Origin: Naegleria gruberi
Taxonomy: Eukaryota
Direction: 5' to 3' (one strand)
Length of the DNA: 8,721 nt
Assembly: GCA_000004985.1 (NCBI GenBank)
Contig: GG739055.1
Shown here: positions 1 through 8,157 of the stretch, piece after piece
Numbering within the stretch: the first letter of the stretch is position 1
Layout: each line of letters opens with the position of its first letter
Translations under genes and position numbers: made by a program
The notes under the pieces: generated by a model
Database searches by the model: none
The model's input: only the letters and a program-made list of their open reading frames with translations
What the model was told of the DNA's origin: nothing

Positions 1-4
1 CTAG

Positions 5-950
5 AGAGGTATCTTGACTTTGAAGTATCCAATTGAACACGGTATTGTTACCAATTGGGACGATATGGAAAAGATCTGGCATCACANCTTTCTACAATGA
101 ATTGAGAGTTGCTCCAGAAGAACATCCAGTCTTGTTGACTGAAGCTCCTTTGAATCCAAAGGCTAACAGAGAAAAGATGACTCAAATTATGTTTGAAACT
201 TTCTCAGTTCCAGCTATGTATGTTGCTATTCAAGCTGTCTTGTCCTTGTATGCTTCTGGTAGAACTACTGGTATCGTTTTGGACTCTGGTGATGGTGTCT
301 CCCACACTGTTCCAATTTATGAAGGTTATGCTTTGCCACACGCCATTTTGAGATTGGATTTGGCTGGTCGTGACTTGACTGATTACTTGATGAAGATTTT
401 GATGGAAAGAGGTTACTCATTCAACACTACTGCTGAAAGAGAAATCGTCAGAGATATCAAGGAAAAGCTCTGTTATATTGCTTTGGACTTTGAAGCTGAA
501 ATGAAGGTTGCTGCTGAATCATCATCTGTTGAAAAGTCATACGAATTGCCAGACGGTAATGTCATTACTGTTGGTAACGAAAGATTCAGATGTCCAGAAG
601 TTTTGTTCCAACCAAACTTCATTGGTATGGAAGCTGCTGGTGTTCATGAAACTACTTTCAACTCCATTGGTAAATGTGATATTGATATCAGAAAGGACTT
701 GTACGGTAACGTTGTCTTGTCTGGTGGTACTACTATGTTCGAAGGTATTGCTGAAAGAATGACCAAGGAATTGACTGCTATGGCTCCAGCCTCCATGAAG
801 ATTAAGGTTGTTGCTCCACCAGAAAGAAAGTACTCTGTCTGGATTGGTGGTTCCATCTTGGCTTCATTGTCCACTTTCCAACAAATGTGGATCACAAAGG
901 AAGAATATGAGGATGCCGGCCCAGGTATTGTCCACAGAAAGTGTTTCTAA
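5..950 (+). CDS. ACT1: Actin, 5'-truncated partial CDS (the window starts inside the gene). It reads ...[66 protein letters not shown]...[32 protein letters not shown], with stop TAA at 948-950. The single ambiguous base N at position 87 is an extra base that shifts the frame: codons are aligned to position 5 upstream of it and to position 90 downstream. The ORF-track call 33..950, starting at a TTG, is an artefact of this.
   Basis: Translation matches canonical actin nearly residue for residue across about 305 aa. Strong yeast-like codon bias (TTG Leu, AGA Arg, GGT Gly, CCA Pro, GCT Ala, AAG Lys), as expected for a highly expressed gene. No in-frame stops except at the N-induced shift. Confidence 0.95.
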
Positions 951-1060
951 ATCTATCAGATTTGAACAAAATAAAAGTTGTAAAACAATTAAATTATTTA
1001 TTAAAACAAATTGGCTTTCTTTTATTTTCTATTCAGCCTGAGAATATATGCCACAACTTA
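951..1060 (+). terminator. Probable actin 3' UTR and polyadenylation region: AT-rich, with AAATAAAAG, TATTTATT and ATATATG-like elements.
   Basis: Lies immediately downstream of the actin TAA. AT-rich with A-rich and UA-rich motifs typical of yeast 3'-end processing signals. No ORF is present. Confidence 0.35.
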
Positions 1061-1090
1061 TTTTACATCGAAGAGACACTAGTTTCCAAT

Positions 1091-1115
1091 GACACTGAAG
1101 AACCTTTTCAGTGTT
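1091..1115. repeat. Perfect 8-bp-stem hairpin (ACACTGAA / TTCAGTGT) with a 7-nt loop GAACCTT. A degenerate inverted copy (ACACTGAA-AAGGTTC-TTTTCTGC) lies at 1227-1249.
   Basis: Direct inspection: 1092-1099 is the reverse complement of 1107-1114. The 8-mer ACACTGAA recurs at 1227-1234, followed by the reverse complement of the loop. Confidence 0.5.
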
Positions 1116-1386
1116 ATTGATAAATTAACCCAACTAATCAGTATTTGTTAGCAATCGCTCCAACTTTTAAAATAATAGAGGTCCACATTGTAATATTCCA
1201 CAACATTATAGAGTTATTTATCATTAACACTGAAAAGGTTCTTTTCTGCTTTTCTTTCTTCGTGTATCATTTTACTACAATTTTAAAGCAACTTGCCAAC
1301 ATTCTCCAAACCTAAAAGGAAATGGAACTCAGTTCTAAAATGAAATTAGTCAATTAGGTCTGTATTTTTCAAACATTGATGGGGTA

Positions 1387-1459
1387 TTTCAGGTGTTGTA
1401 GTGGTCTGCATGTGTTGAAGAGGTCTGACACGGCGGAGGTTCAATTCCTTCCCTGATAT
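1387..1459 (+). pseudogene. tRNA-like 73-nt element, possibly a degenerate tRNA gene or tRNA relic. The acceptor stem pairs 6 of 7 (TTTCAGG with CCTGATA). U8 is present. The D-loop is AGTGGTCT. The T-arm GGAGG-TTCAATT-CCTTC matches the B-box consensus GGTTCRANTCC. A T4 run follows 7 nt downstream (1466-1469). The anticodon stem cannot form canonically: the only stem available is 5 bp with a 10-nt loop.
   Basis: Stem-loops inspected by hand. Length and spacing fit standard tRNA numbering exactly. Positions 27-31 and 39-43 are non-complementary, so I call it a pseudogene or relic rather than a functional tRNA. Confidence 0.35.
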
Positions 1460-1559
1460 TTACTCTTTTGCTTAGCTCCTAAATTGCTTACTCATTATAG
1501 AAATAAGGCAAATCTCTGTGATTTCAACTCTTTTGTTTTTAAATAATGAGTACATAATT

Positions 1560-3551
1560 TTATTGTTGTTGTTTTGGAGGTTTATAACCAAAGGCACCCA
1601 TAATCTTCAACAAATTTTGATAAACGAGATCGTTTGGAACAGCACAACCACAAATCATATCACAGTGAATCTTTGTTTCCATTGTTCTTTCTTGAGCATA
1701 TCCAAGCCATCTCTTTGGTTCAACACCACATTCTTCACATGCCTTGATAATGTCCTCCTTTGTGGCATTAACAGTTTGTAAAACAATACCCCAAGGTGTG
1801 ATTTTCTTTTCAAGGGTGAGCTTTTTGAAAACTGGAACATCCTCTGGTTCATCCTTTCCAGCTATTTGTGCCCATTGCATTTGATCAGCAGCAGTCAACT
1901 TCATGCACTTGATAATAAGTGGTGGTTCTTGACCTAATGATTTACAAATAGCTCTAATAAATCTGATTGAGTTATTCCATGCACCTGCAGTTGAGTTCCA
2001 TCCAGAGGTATTGACAGTTGTTGTTCCTCTTCTAGGAACCATCATATCTTTTTGACAACATGTATCAACTCCAGCGTCCCATTGAGAACTCAAAAATTTT
2101 GCCATTTGAATTTGTAAAGTCAATAATTGAGCCAAGACAGATGTTTTGAGTTCATCATTAATTCTAGAAATTACATCTTCAACAGGATATAATGATGCAA
2201 TTAATTCCCACTTGGTTTGCAATTCTCTTCCTTTCAATAAATTCATCAAAAATTGAAGAGCATCATCAAGACCTCCTTGTTGTTGACTGTCAATGGTAAA
2301 TGCCTTTCTAACACTGAATTCACTAACAGCTAAAGAAGTGAATACAATTGAAGGAATGTCAAATTTAGAGTCAGTTGTCAAAGTTTCCTTGATATCATTG
2401 AAGAGGTAGTATTCTGGAGTAAAGAATCTAGTAGCAAGACCGCTCTTATCAATCTTGGTTGAAATTGAAGCAACAAATGGATTGAATACATTTTGTAATC
2501 TTCCTCTCAATTTTCCTGCTTGTTCTACGGCCTTGTTATATTTCTTAAAGTGCCACAAACTCTTGTGTAATTGTTCTTTTCTCTCCTTATGGGTAAGAGT
2601 CTTGTAAACAGCAGTTAAGGTATTCTTTCTTTCTGGATAACCACCCTTTCTGTTACGATTCTTGAACTTGACAAATGATTCTTGTCCAATTCCACATAAT
2701 TTTTCCAATCTCTCCAACAAGATGTAATATTCTGTAATTGTTTTCATATCTTGAGTTGGATCAAGAGGTGGTTGTTCAGCTTCAGCCAAAATTTTGTTAA
2801 TCACATCAAATTTGATTGCTGGTAATGGAATTGTTGGTTTGAATGATTCTTTCATGTAAGAGGCTTGTGTTTGAGGTGTTTCGGTAACACCTGATTCAAT
2901 GAAATTATTGAGTGATTCCATTCCACTTCCATTCATAGCTTTCCAGCATAGTAATGACTTGATCTTTTGAATAAGTTGACCTCTAGCAATAATGAGTGCA
3001 GAATATTCTTCATCTTGACATTCTTCCATTTTCTTTTCAATCCAAGTCAACCATTTGAATAACATGAAGGCAGCATTTTGAGGCATATATCTACCTTGAA
3101 CAATCATTCCAGGAATGTGCTTGAAATAAATGTCAGAAATTTCCTTTTCTAAACGACTAAGTTTCTCTTGTTTGGCTTTGTCCATAAAATCAAACAAATC
3201 TGTAGGGCTCATTTTCAAAAACTTTTCTTTCAATTTCAAATCACTAGGATTCTTTATGGTCTTGGTTGAAAAGGTATAATAGTCAGAACATCCCAATTTG
3301 TCTTCAACATTATCGAAAAAGACCATCAAATGGTAATATGATGGAAATCCTTGATATTCTTGTTTAAAAGGATTATAGGAACTATGATTTTTATAGTAAT
3401 CATAACTAGGACGATATTGTTCACTTCCTACAATTTTGGTAGATTCGGACCAAAATTTTCTACATTCCCTAACTTCTTTGTCAAGATAAGGAACAACTTC
3501 AAGAGGAATGACTTTAATTTCTTCAGTTTTTTGTTGTTGATTGTTGCTCAT
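1560..3551 (-). CDS. Hypothetical conserved protein of 663 aa. The N-terminus is MSNNQQQK. The C-terminal region has a Cys/His cluster (C-x2-C-x20-H-C-x3-C-x-C), the motif DAGVDTCCQ, and a polyQ tail. No family assigned.
   Basis: Uninterrupted 1992-nt ORF with balanced amino-acid composition and yeast-like codon use. ATG at 3549-3551 sits about 55-110 nt downstream of A-tracts (minus sense) at 3607-3620 and 3655-3661. No P-loop, kinase, RING or HKD motifs recognised. Confidence 0.85.
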   Translation of the reverse strand: MSNNQQQKTEEIKVIPLEVVPYLDKEVRECRKFWSESTKIVGSEQYRPSYDYYKNHSSYNPFKQEYQGFPSYYHLMVFFDNVEDKLGCSDYYTFSTKTIKNPSDLKLKEKFLKMSPTDLFDFMDKAKQEKLSRLEKEISDIYFKHIPGMIVQGRYMPQNAAFMLFKWLTWIEKKMEECQDEEYSALIIARGQLIQKIKSLLCWKAMNGSGMESLNNFIESGVTETPQTQASYMKESFKPTIPLPAIKFDVINKILAEAEQPPLDPTQDMKTITEYYILLERLEKLCGIGQESFVKFKNRNRKGGYPERKNTLTAVYKTLTHKERKEQLHKSLWHFKKYNKAVEQAGKLRGRLQNVFNPFVASISTKIDKSGLATRFFTPEYYLFNDIKETLTTDSKFDIPSIVFTSLAVSEFSVRKAFTIDSQQQGGLDDALQFLMNLLKGRELQTKWELIASLYPVEDVISRINDELKTSVLAQLLTLQIQMAKFLSSQWDAGVDTCCQKDMMVPRRGTTTVNTSGWNSTAGAWNNSIRFIRAICKSLGQEPPLIIKCMKLTAADQMQWAQIAGKDEPEDVPVFKKLTLEKKITPWGIVLQTVNATKEDIIKACEECGVEPKRWLGYAQERTMETKIHCDMICGCAVPNDLVYQNLLKIMGAFGYKPPKQQQ

Positions 3552-3705
3552 ATTGATAATTGTTGGCTTGAATTTTACGAGGGTGTTAGGAAGATCTTGT
3601 AAAAACTTTTTATTTTTTTTAAAATCAAAAAGGTTTTGAAATGCTGCGGTTGCGTTTTTTTCCTTTGGTGTATTTTTAGAAGTGCAATTGTGTTTCTTTC
3701 AAAGT
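3552..3705 (-). promoter_or_regulatory. Putative promoter of the 663-aa gene. Poly(dA:dT) tracts at 3607-3620 and 3655-3661. A TATA-like TAAAAATA (minus sense) at about 3671-3678.
   Basis: Lies immediately upstream (minus sense) of ATG 3551. The homopolymeric T/A runs are characteristic of nucleosome-depleted regions in yeast promoters. Confidence 0.4.
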
Positions 3706-3888
3706 CTAGTTGAATGTTTCACTTGGCGAAAGTTCAATAACATGGTTTTCAACTTTATTAAAACTTAACCATATTTGAGATATTGAAATTATACAGATGA
3801 TGTTGGACAACATATATTGGCTCAATTTCTTTGCAAGATGAAAAATCTCAATTTGAAAAAGAGTGCTTGTATTGGATAGAGTAATTCC
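3706..3888 (-). CDS. Possible C-terminal coding fragment (61 codons ending in a stop at 3706) abutting the assembly gap. It could be the 3' end of the large ankyrin/acidic gene, or of another gene inside the gap.
   Basis: It is the only open frame in this AT-rich stretch. Its frame relative to the gene above cannot be known because the gap length is arbitrary. Confidence 0.3.
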   Translation of the reverse strand, partial: GITLSNTSTLFQIEIFHLAKKLSQYMLSNIICIISISQIWLSFNKVENHVIELSPSETFN

Positions 3889-5597
3889 NNNNNNNNNNNN
3901 NNNNNNNNNNNNNNNNNNNNNNNNNNNNNNNNNNNNNNNNNNNNNNNNNNNNNNNNNNNNNNNNNNNNNNNNNNNNNNNNNNNNNNNNNNNNNNNNNNNN
4001 NNNNNNNNNNNNNNNNNNNNNNNNNNNNNNNNNNNNNNNNNNNNNNNNNNNNNNNNNNNNNNNNNNNNNNNNNNNNNNNNNNNNNNNNNNNNNNNNNNNN
4101 NNNNNNNNNNNNNNNNNNNNNNNNNNNNNNNNNNNNNNNNNNNNNNNNNNNNNNNNNNNNNNNNNNNNNNNNNNNNNNNNNNNNNNNNNNNNNNNNNNNN
4201 NNNNNNNNNNNNNNNNNNNNNNNNNNNNNNNNNNNNNNNNNNNNNNNNNNNNNNNNNNNNNNNNNNNNNNNNNNNNNNNNNNNNNNNNNNNNNNNNNNNN
4301 NNNNNNNNNNNNNNNNNNNNNNNNNNNNNNNNNNNNNNNNNNNNNNNNNNNNNNNNNNNNNNNNNNNNNNNNNNNNNNNNNNNNNNNNNNNNNNNNNNNN
4401 NNNNNNNNNNNNNNNNNNNNNNNNNNNNNNNNNNNNNNNNNNNNNNNNNNNNNNNNNNNNNNNNNNNNNNNNNNNNNNNNNNNNNNNNNNNNNNNNNNNN
4501 NNNNNNNNNNNNNNNNNNNNNNNNNNNNNNNNNNNNNNNNNNNNNNNNNNNNNNNNNNNNNNNNNNNNNNNNNNNNNNNNNNNNNNNNNNNNNNNNNNNN
4601 NNNNNNNNNNNNNNNNNNNNNNNNNNNNNNNNNNNNNNNNNNNNNNNNNNNNNNNNNNNNNNNNNNNNNNNNNNNNNNNNNNNNNNNNNNNNNNNNNNNN
4701 NNNNNNNNNNNNNNNNNNNNNNNNNNNNNNNNNNNNNNNNNNNNNNNNNNNNNNNNNNNNNNNNNNNNNNNNNNNNNNNNNNNNNNNNNNNNNNNNNNNN
4801 NNNNNNNNNNNNNNNNNNNNNNNNNNNNNNNNNNNNNNNNNNNNNNNNNNNNNNNNNNNNNNNNNNNNNNNNNNNNNNNNNNNNNNNNNNNNNNNNNNNN
4901 NNNNNNNNNNNNNNNNNNNNNNNNNNNNNNNNNNNNNNNNNNNNNNNNNNNNNNNNNNNNNNNNNNNNNNNNNNNNNNNNNNNNNNNNNNNNNNNNNNNN
5001 NNNNNNNNNNNNNNNNNNNNNNNNNNNNNNNNNNNNNNNNNNNNNNNNNNNNNNNNNNNNNNNNNNNNNNNNNNNNNNNNNNNNNNNNNNNNNNNNNNNN
5101 NNNNNNNNNNNNNNNNNNNNNNNNNNNNNNNNNNNNNNNNNNNNNNNNNNNNNNNNNNNNNNNNNNNNNNNNNNNNNNNNNNNNNNNNNNNNNNNNNNNN
5201 NNNNNNNNNNNNNNNNNNNNNNNNNNNNNNNNNNNNNNNNNNNNNNNNNNNNNNNNNNNNNNNNNNNNNNNNNNNNNNNNNNNNNNNNNNNNNNNNNNNN
5301 NNNNNNNNNNNNNNNNNNNNNNNNNNNNNNNNNNNNNNNNNNNNNNNNNNNNNNNNNNNNNNNNNNNNNNNNNNNNNNNNNNNNNNNNNNNNNNNNNNNN
5401 NNNNNNNNNNNNNNNNNNNNNNNNNNNNNNNNNNNNNNNNNNNNNNNNNNNNNNNNNNNNNNNNNNNNNNNNNNNNNNNNNNNNNNNNNNNNNNNNNNNN
5501 NNNNNNNNNNNNNNNNNNNNNNNNNNNNNNNNNNNNNNNNNNNNNNNNNNNNNNNNNNNNNNNNNNNNNNNNNNNNNNNNNNNNNNNNNNNNNNNNN
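3889..5597. other. Assembly or scaffold gap of 1709 consecutive N.
   Basis: Run of N from 3889 to 5597. All X-containing ORFs across it (3863..5623 + and the central part of 3706..7494 -) are artefacts. Confidence 0.99.
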
Positions 5598-7494
5598 TGA
5601 CTAAATGTGTATCTTTAGAATAAATATTAAAACCATACTTTCCATCTTTCTGAATAGATTCATACTTGATAGCATATTCATCACCAAGAATAGTTTCTGA
5701 GAGAGGCCTTTCACTTTCTATCTGGTCAATAGATGAGGGATAGAATATAAAATCGTTATTTTCGCTAATTTCGATACCAATTTCACTTTCATCAGACCAA
5801 TCTGATTCATACCCATCGTCCTTTGGACTTTCTTCTTTGGTCTGATTTATATTGCTCTCCGATTGAATTCCAAACAATACTCTATCATTTGGATCATCAA
5901 ACTCAATTTCAAAGTCAGGATCATCTTCATCAGTGTCGTAATTAATTGACAACATGAGATTTTGTTCATTAATTTCAGTAACTATACTAGTAATGTTTTC
6001 AGAGCTAATCTCCTTCATTGAAAGGGAAGATAAATGATTCTTTAGAGCTTCTTCATCAATTGAACTTTCCTTAAAACATCCATTATATGCATTGAAAGCT
6101 ACCAATATAAAATTCTTCAAACACAAGTCCGTCATGAAAAATTTGCAAATTTCAGATGTTAAATTGAATAATTCAATGCAAAGTCTTTCTATTTCCTGTT
6201 GCATAATTGCCTGTGATGATGGACTAATAATGGTATCAAATCTATAACTTCCTAAAATGACTTTCGTCAATCCATTAAAAAATGCTTTGGGAATTATCAT
6301 TTCCTTTCTTTTCTTGAATTTAGGTTCATATTCATTACCTTCTCCAGCCTCGAATGCTCTCTTCTTGTTGTTTTCTTCTAGTCCTATACGTTTTCCAATA
6401 CGAACTGAAGGATAAACATCTATGAAATCATGTCTAGCTTGTACTATTTCTGTATCCTTCAATAGATCAGTAATGTTTTTGGATAATTCTTTTTCAGTTT
6501 CTACACACTGTACCCAAGGATCTTCACTGTCAACATTATGAATTTTAGATCTTATTGTTTTGATATCAATAAATTCCTCCTCTTCATCTTCATCACTAAC
6601 TTCTAACTCTTCATCAGAATCTGAAAGCCCTTCATCAATATAGTAATCTCTTTCTAACAACACATTCTTGTTGAGAGGGATTCCATTTGGACCCTTATCA
6701 ATTTGTAACTTTTCTAAATCGTCTTCCTCTGTTTCATCCAAATCAAAAATTTTCATGTTCGCCTCATCGAATATATTCTTATTCGATTCGACATGGTTTT
6801 CCAGATGTTCTTTGTAGGTTTCTTTCAATAGATTGTAAATCTTGTTGGAAGGCTCGTCTTTGGGTGCTGCAGTGTACATTCTGTATGCAAGAAGTGCGGG
6901 AGAGATTAATTGAGATTGAAATGGATTGGCTTTGTACTTTTCGATCAATAATTTCACAATCTCCACATTCTTTCCTCTAATTGCGTAATGTAAAATGTTT
7001 AGTCCAGCCCCATCTCTCTTGTAGCAAGCCCCGTATGAAGATACTATGTTATAGCTGGATGGCTCTCCTTCAAGAATTCCTGTTCTCAATAGAGTATCTA
7101 TTCTATTGTTTCCATTATCAGAACGATATTCCAGACACCACTTTACCAAGTCCAAATTTCCAATCCAAATAGCCAAGAATTGAAACGTAAATTCTGTTGA
7201 GAAAATTGGGATAAACTCTTCCCTTTCAAAATTCTTTCCTTTGGACAATTGATTCACGAATTTCATGCTTGTTACTTGTAATCCAATAGTATTTTCCAAA
7301 AAATCACATACCCAAACAGCAGCATTGATTTCACTATTTAAATATTTGATTTTCATACCTGAAAGGTATTGCACAATCCAGATCAAGTATTGTCTCGGAA
7401 TTAAACTACTATTGAAATAGTCCACTTCAATCCAATGACTTACCAATGGTAGGGACATGTACTCATCATTGGCTAAAAACTCTGCTATATTCAT
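5598..7494 (-). CDS. Large protein, N-terminal 632 aa, with its 3' end lost in the gap. An ankyrin-repeat region lies at about nt 6909-7104 (GAGLNILHYAIRGKNVEIVKLLIEKYKANP). Strongly acidic D/E tracts lie at about nt 6549-6624 (DEGLSDSDEELEVSDEDEEEEF) and nt 5860-5934 (DTDEDDPDFEIEFDDPND).
   Basis: Continuous ORF of 1897 nt from ATG 7492-7494 down to the gap edge. Carries the ankyrin consensus (LH.A...G..E.VK.LL). Low-complexity acidic linkers are typical of eukaryotic regulatory proteins. Confidence 0.85.
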
Positions 7495-7565
7495 ATTAAA
7501 AACATCACTCGGTCAAACAACCTTCTCAACATTTTGATTATCCCCAATTATTGACCCAATTAATT

Positions 7566-8000
7566 TCAACATGGTTCAAATAATTTGCCAAACAAATACC
7601 TAATACATGTCGATACTCTAACTGATCCAAAATATGAAAGATTATCCTCTCCGATGGCCAATCTAACAAGAAACTTTATAACCATATTGTCTGGAAATTC
7701 CACCAATTTATCAATCCAACCCTTGGTAATTGTAATAAAATCATCCTGTTCAATTATGCCTGTATAACCACCTTGTGTTCTGGTACGCAATTCTAAATCA
7801 TGAAGCCAAATATGTAATTCAAAACCAGCAGCTAATTGATTCCTCACCAAATGCTTCCAAAATACCTCCGTCTCAGTAATGTGGTAGAATGATGTACAAA
7901 CCGATCGAAATTGGAAAATGTTATTGTGGAGATGATACGGATCGTGACTGTATGAGGTGATGTGTAATAAAATTTCGGAAGGTAAATCAGTAAGGATCAT
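7566..8000 (-). CDS. F-box protein, 144 aa. The N-terminal F-box is LTDLPSEILLHITSY...RSVCTSFYHI...FWKHLV. It ends with TGA at 7566-7568.
   Basis: Matches the F-box consensus L-P-x-E-I-L-x-x-I-x-x-Y/L ... VCK/T-x-F/W ... W. ORF codon usage agrees with the neighbouring genes. ATG at 8000 is preceded by a TATAAT-like element (minus sense) about 30 nt upstream. Confidence 0.75.
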   Translation of the reverse strand: MILTDLPSEILLHITSYSHDPYHLHNNIFQFRSVCTSFYHITETEVFWKHLVRNQLAAGFELHIWLHDLELRTRTQGGYTGIIEQDDFITITKGWIDKLVEFPDNMVIKFLVRLAIGEDNLSYFGSVRVSTCIRYLFGKLFEPC

Positions 8001-8157
8001 CTTCTGAATTTTTTAATTAAAATGTTTTTGAAAATTATAAATTTTGAATGTGAAATATGTTAGACAGGTGGCCAAGCACTAACAAGACTCCATAAGATTA
8101 GAAAGGAAACAATCGGTTAGTTTCGTCTAAGCCATCATCAATTTCATCTAACTAAAT

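Noticed and set aside
508-1041. ORFs 508..762 (+), 644..895 (-) and 808..1041 (+) overlapping actin
   Set aside because: They lie in alternative frames or antisense to a certain actin CDS. Their products are low-complexity (L/V/S-rich), typical of shadow ORFs in codon-biased genes.
1040-1386. Solo LTR upstream of the tRNA-like element
   Set aside because: No TG...CA terminal inverted repeats or target-site duplication could be identified by eye.
1518-1852. ORFs 1518..1781 (+) and 1655..1852 (-) inside the 663-aa gene
   Set aside because: They are nested in other frames of a much longer, better-supported ORF.
2000-2100. TDP1-like HKD motif, RING or PHD finger, radical-SAM CxxxCxxC, or myotubularin Cx5R in the 663-aa protein
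   Set aside because: The spacings do not fit any of these signatures. NTSGWNSTAGAWN only superficially resembles the TDP1 SANLSKAAWG motif and lacks the H-x-K.
3351-3602. ORF 3351..3602 (+)
   Set aside because: It is antisense to the start of the 663-aa gene and runs into its promoter. Its product is I/F/N-rich and low-complexity.
3863-5623. 586-aa + strand ORF
   Set aside because: It is composed almost entirely of X from the N run, so it is an artefact.
6687-7172. ORFs 6687..6980 (+) and 6981..7172 (+), plus 7585..7767 (+) and 8184..8405 (-)
   Set aside because: They are antisense to, or in alternative frames of, well-supported - strand genes.
7495-7565. Canonical yeast intron joining the F-box ORF to the large ORF
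   Set aside because: No GTATGT-like 5' site or TACTAAC branch point on the - strand. The frames differ and there is an in-frame TGA at 7513-7515. This is kept only as a low-probability option in the findings.
8125-8145. C-box-like TGATGA on the - strand (possible snoRNA)
   Set aside because: No downstream D box (CTGA) or terminal stem could be found.
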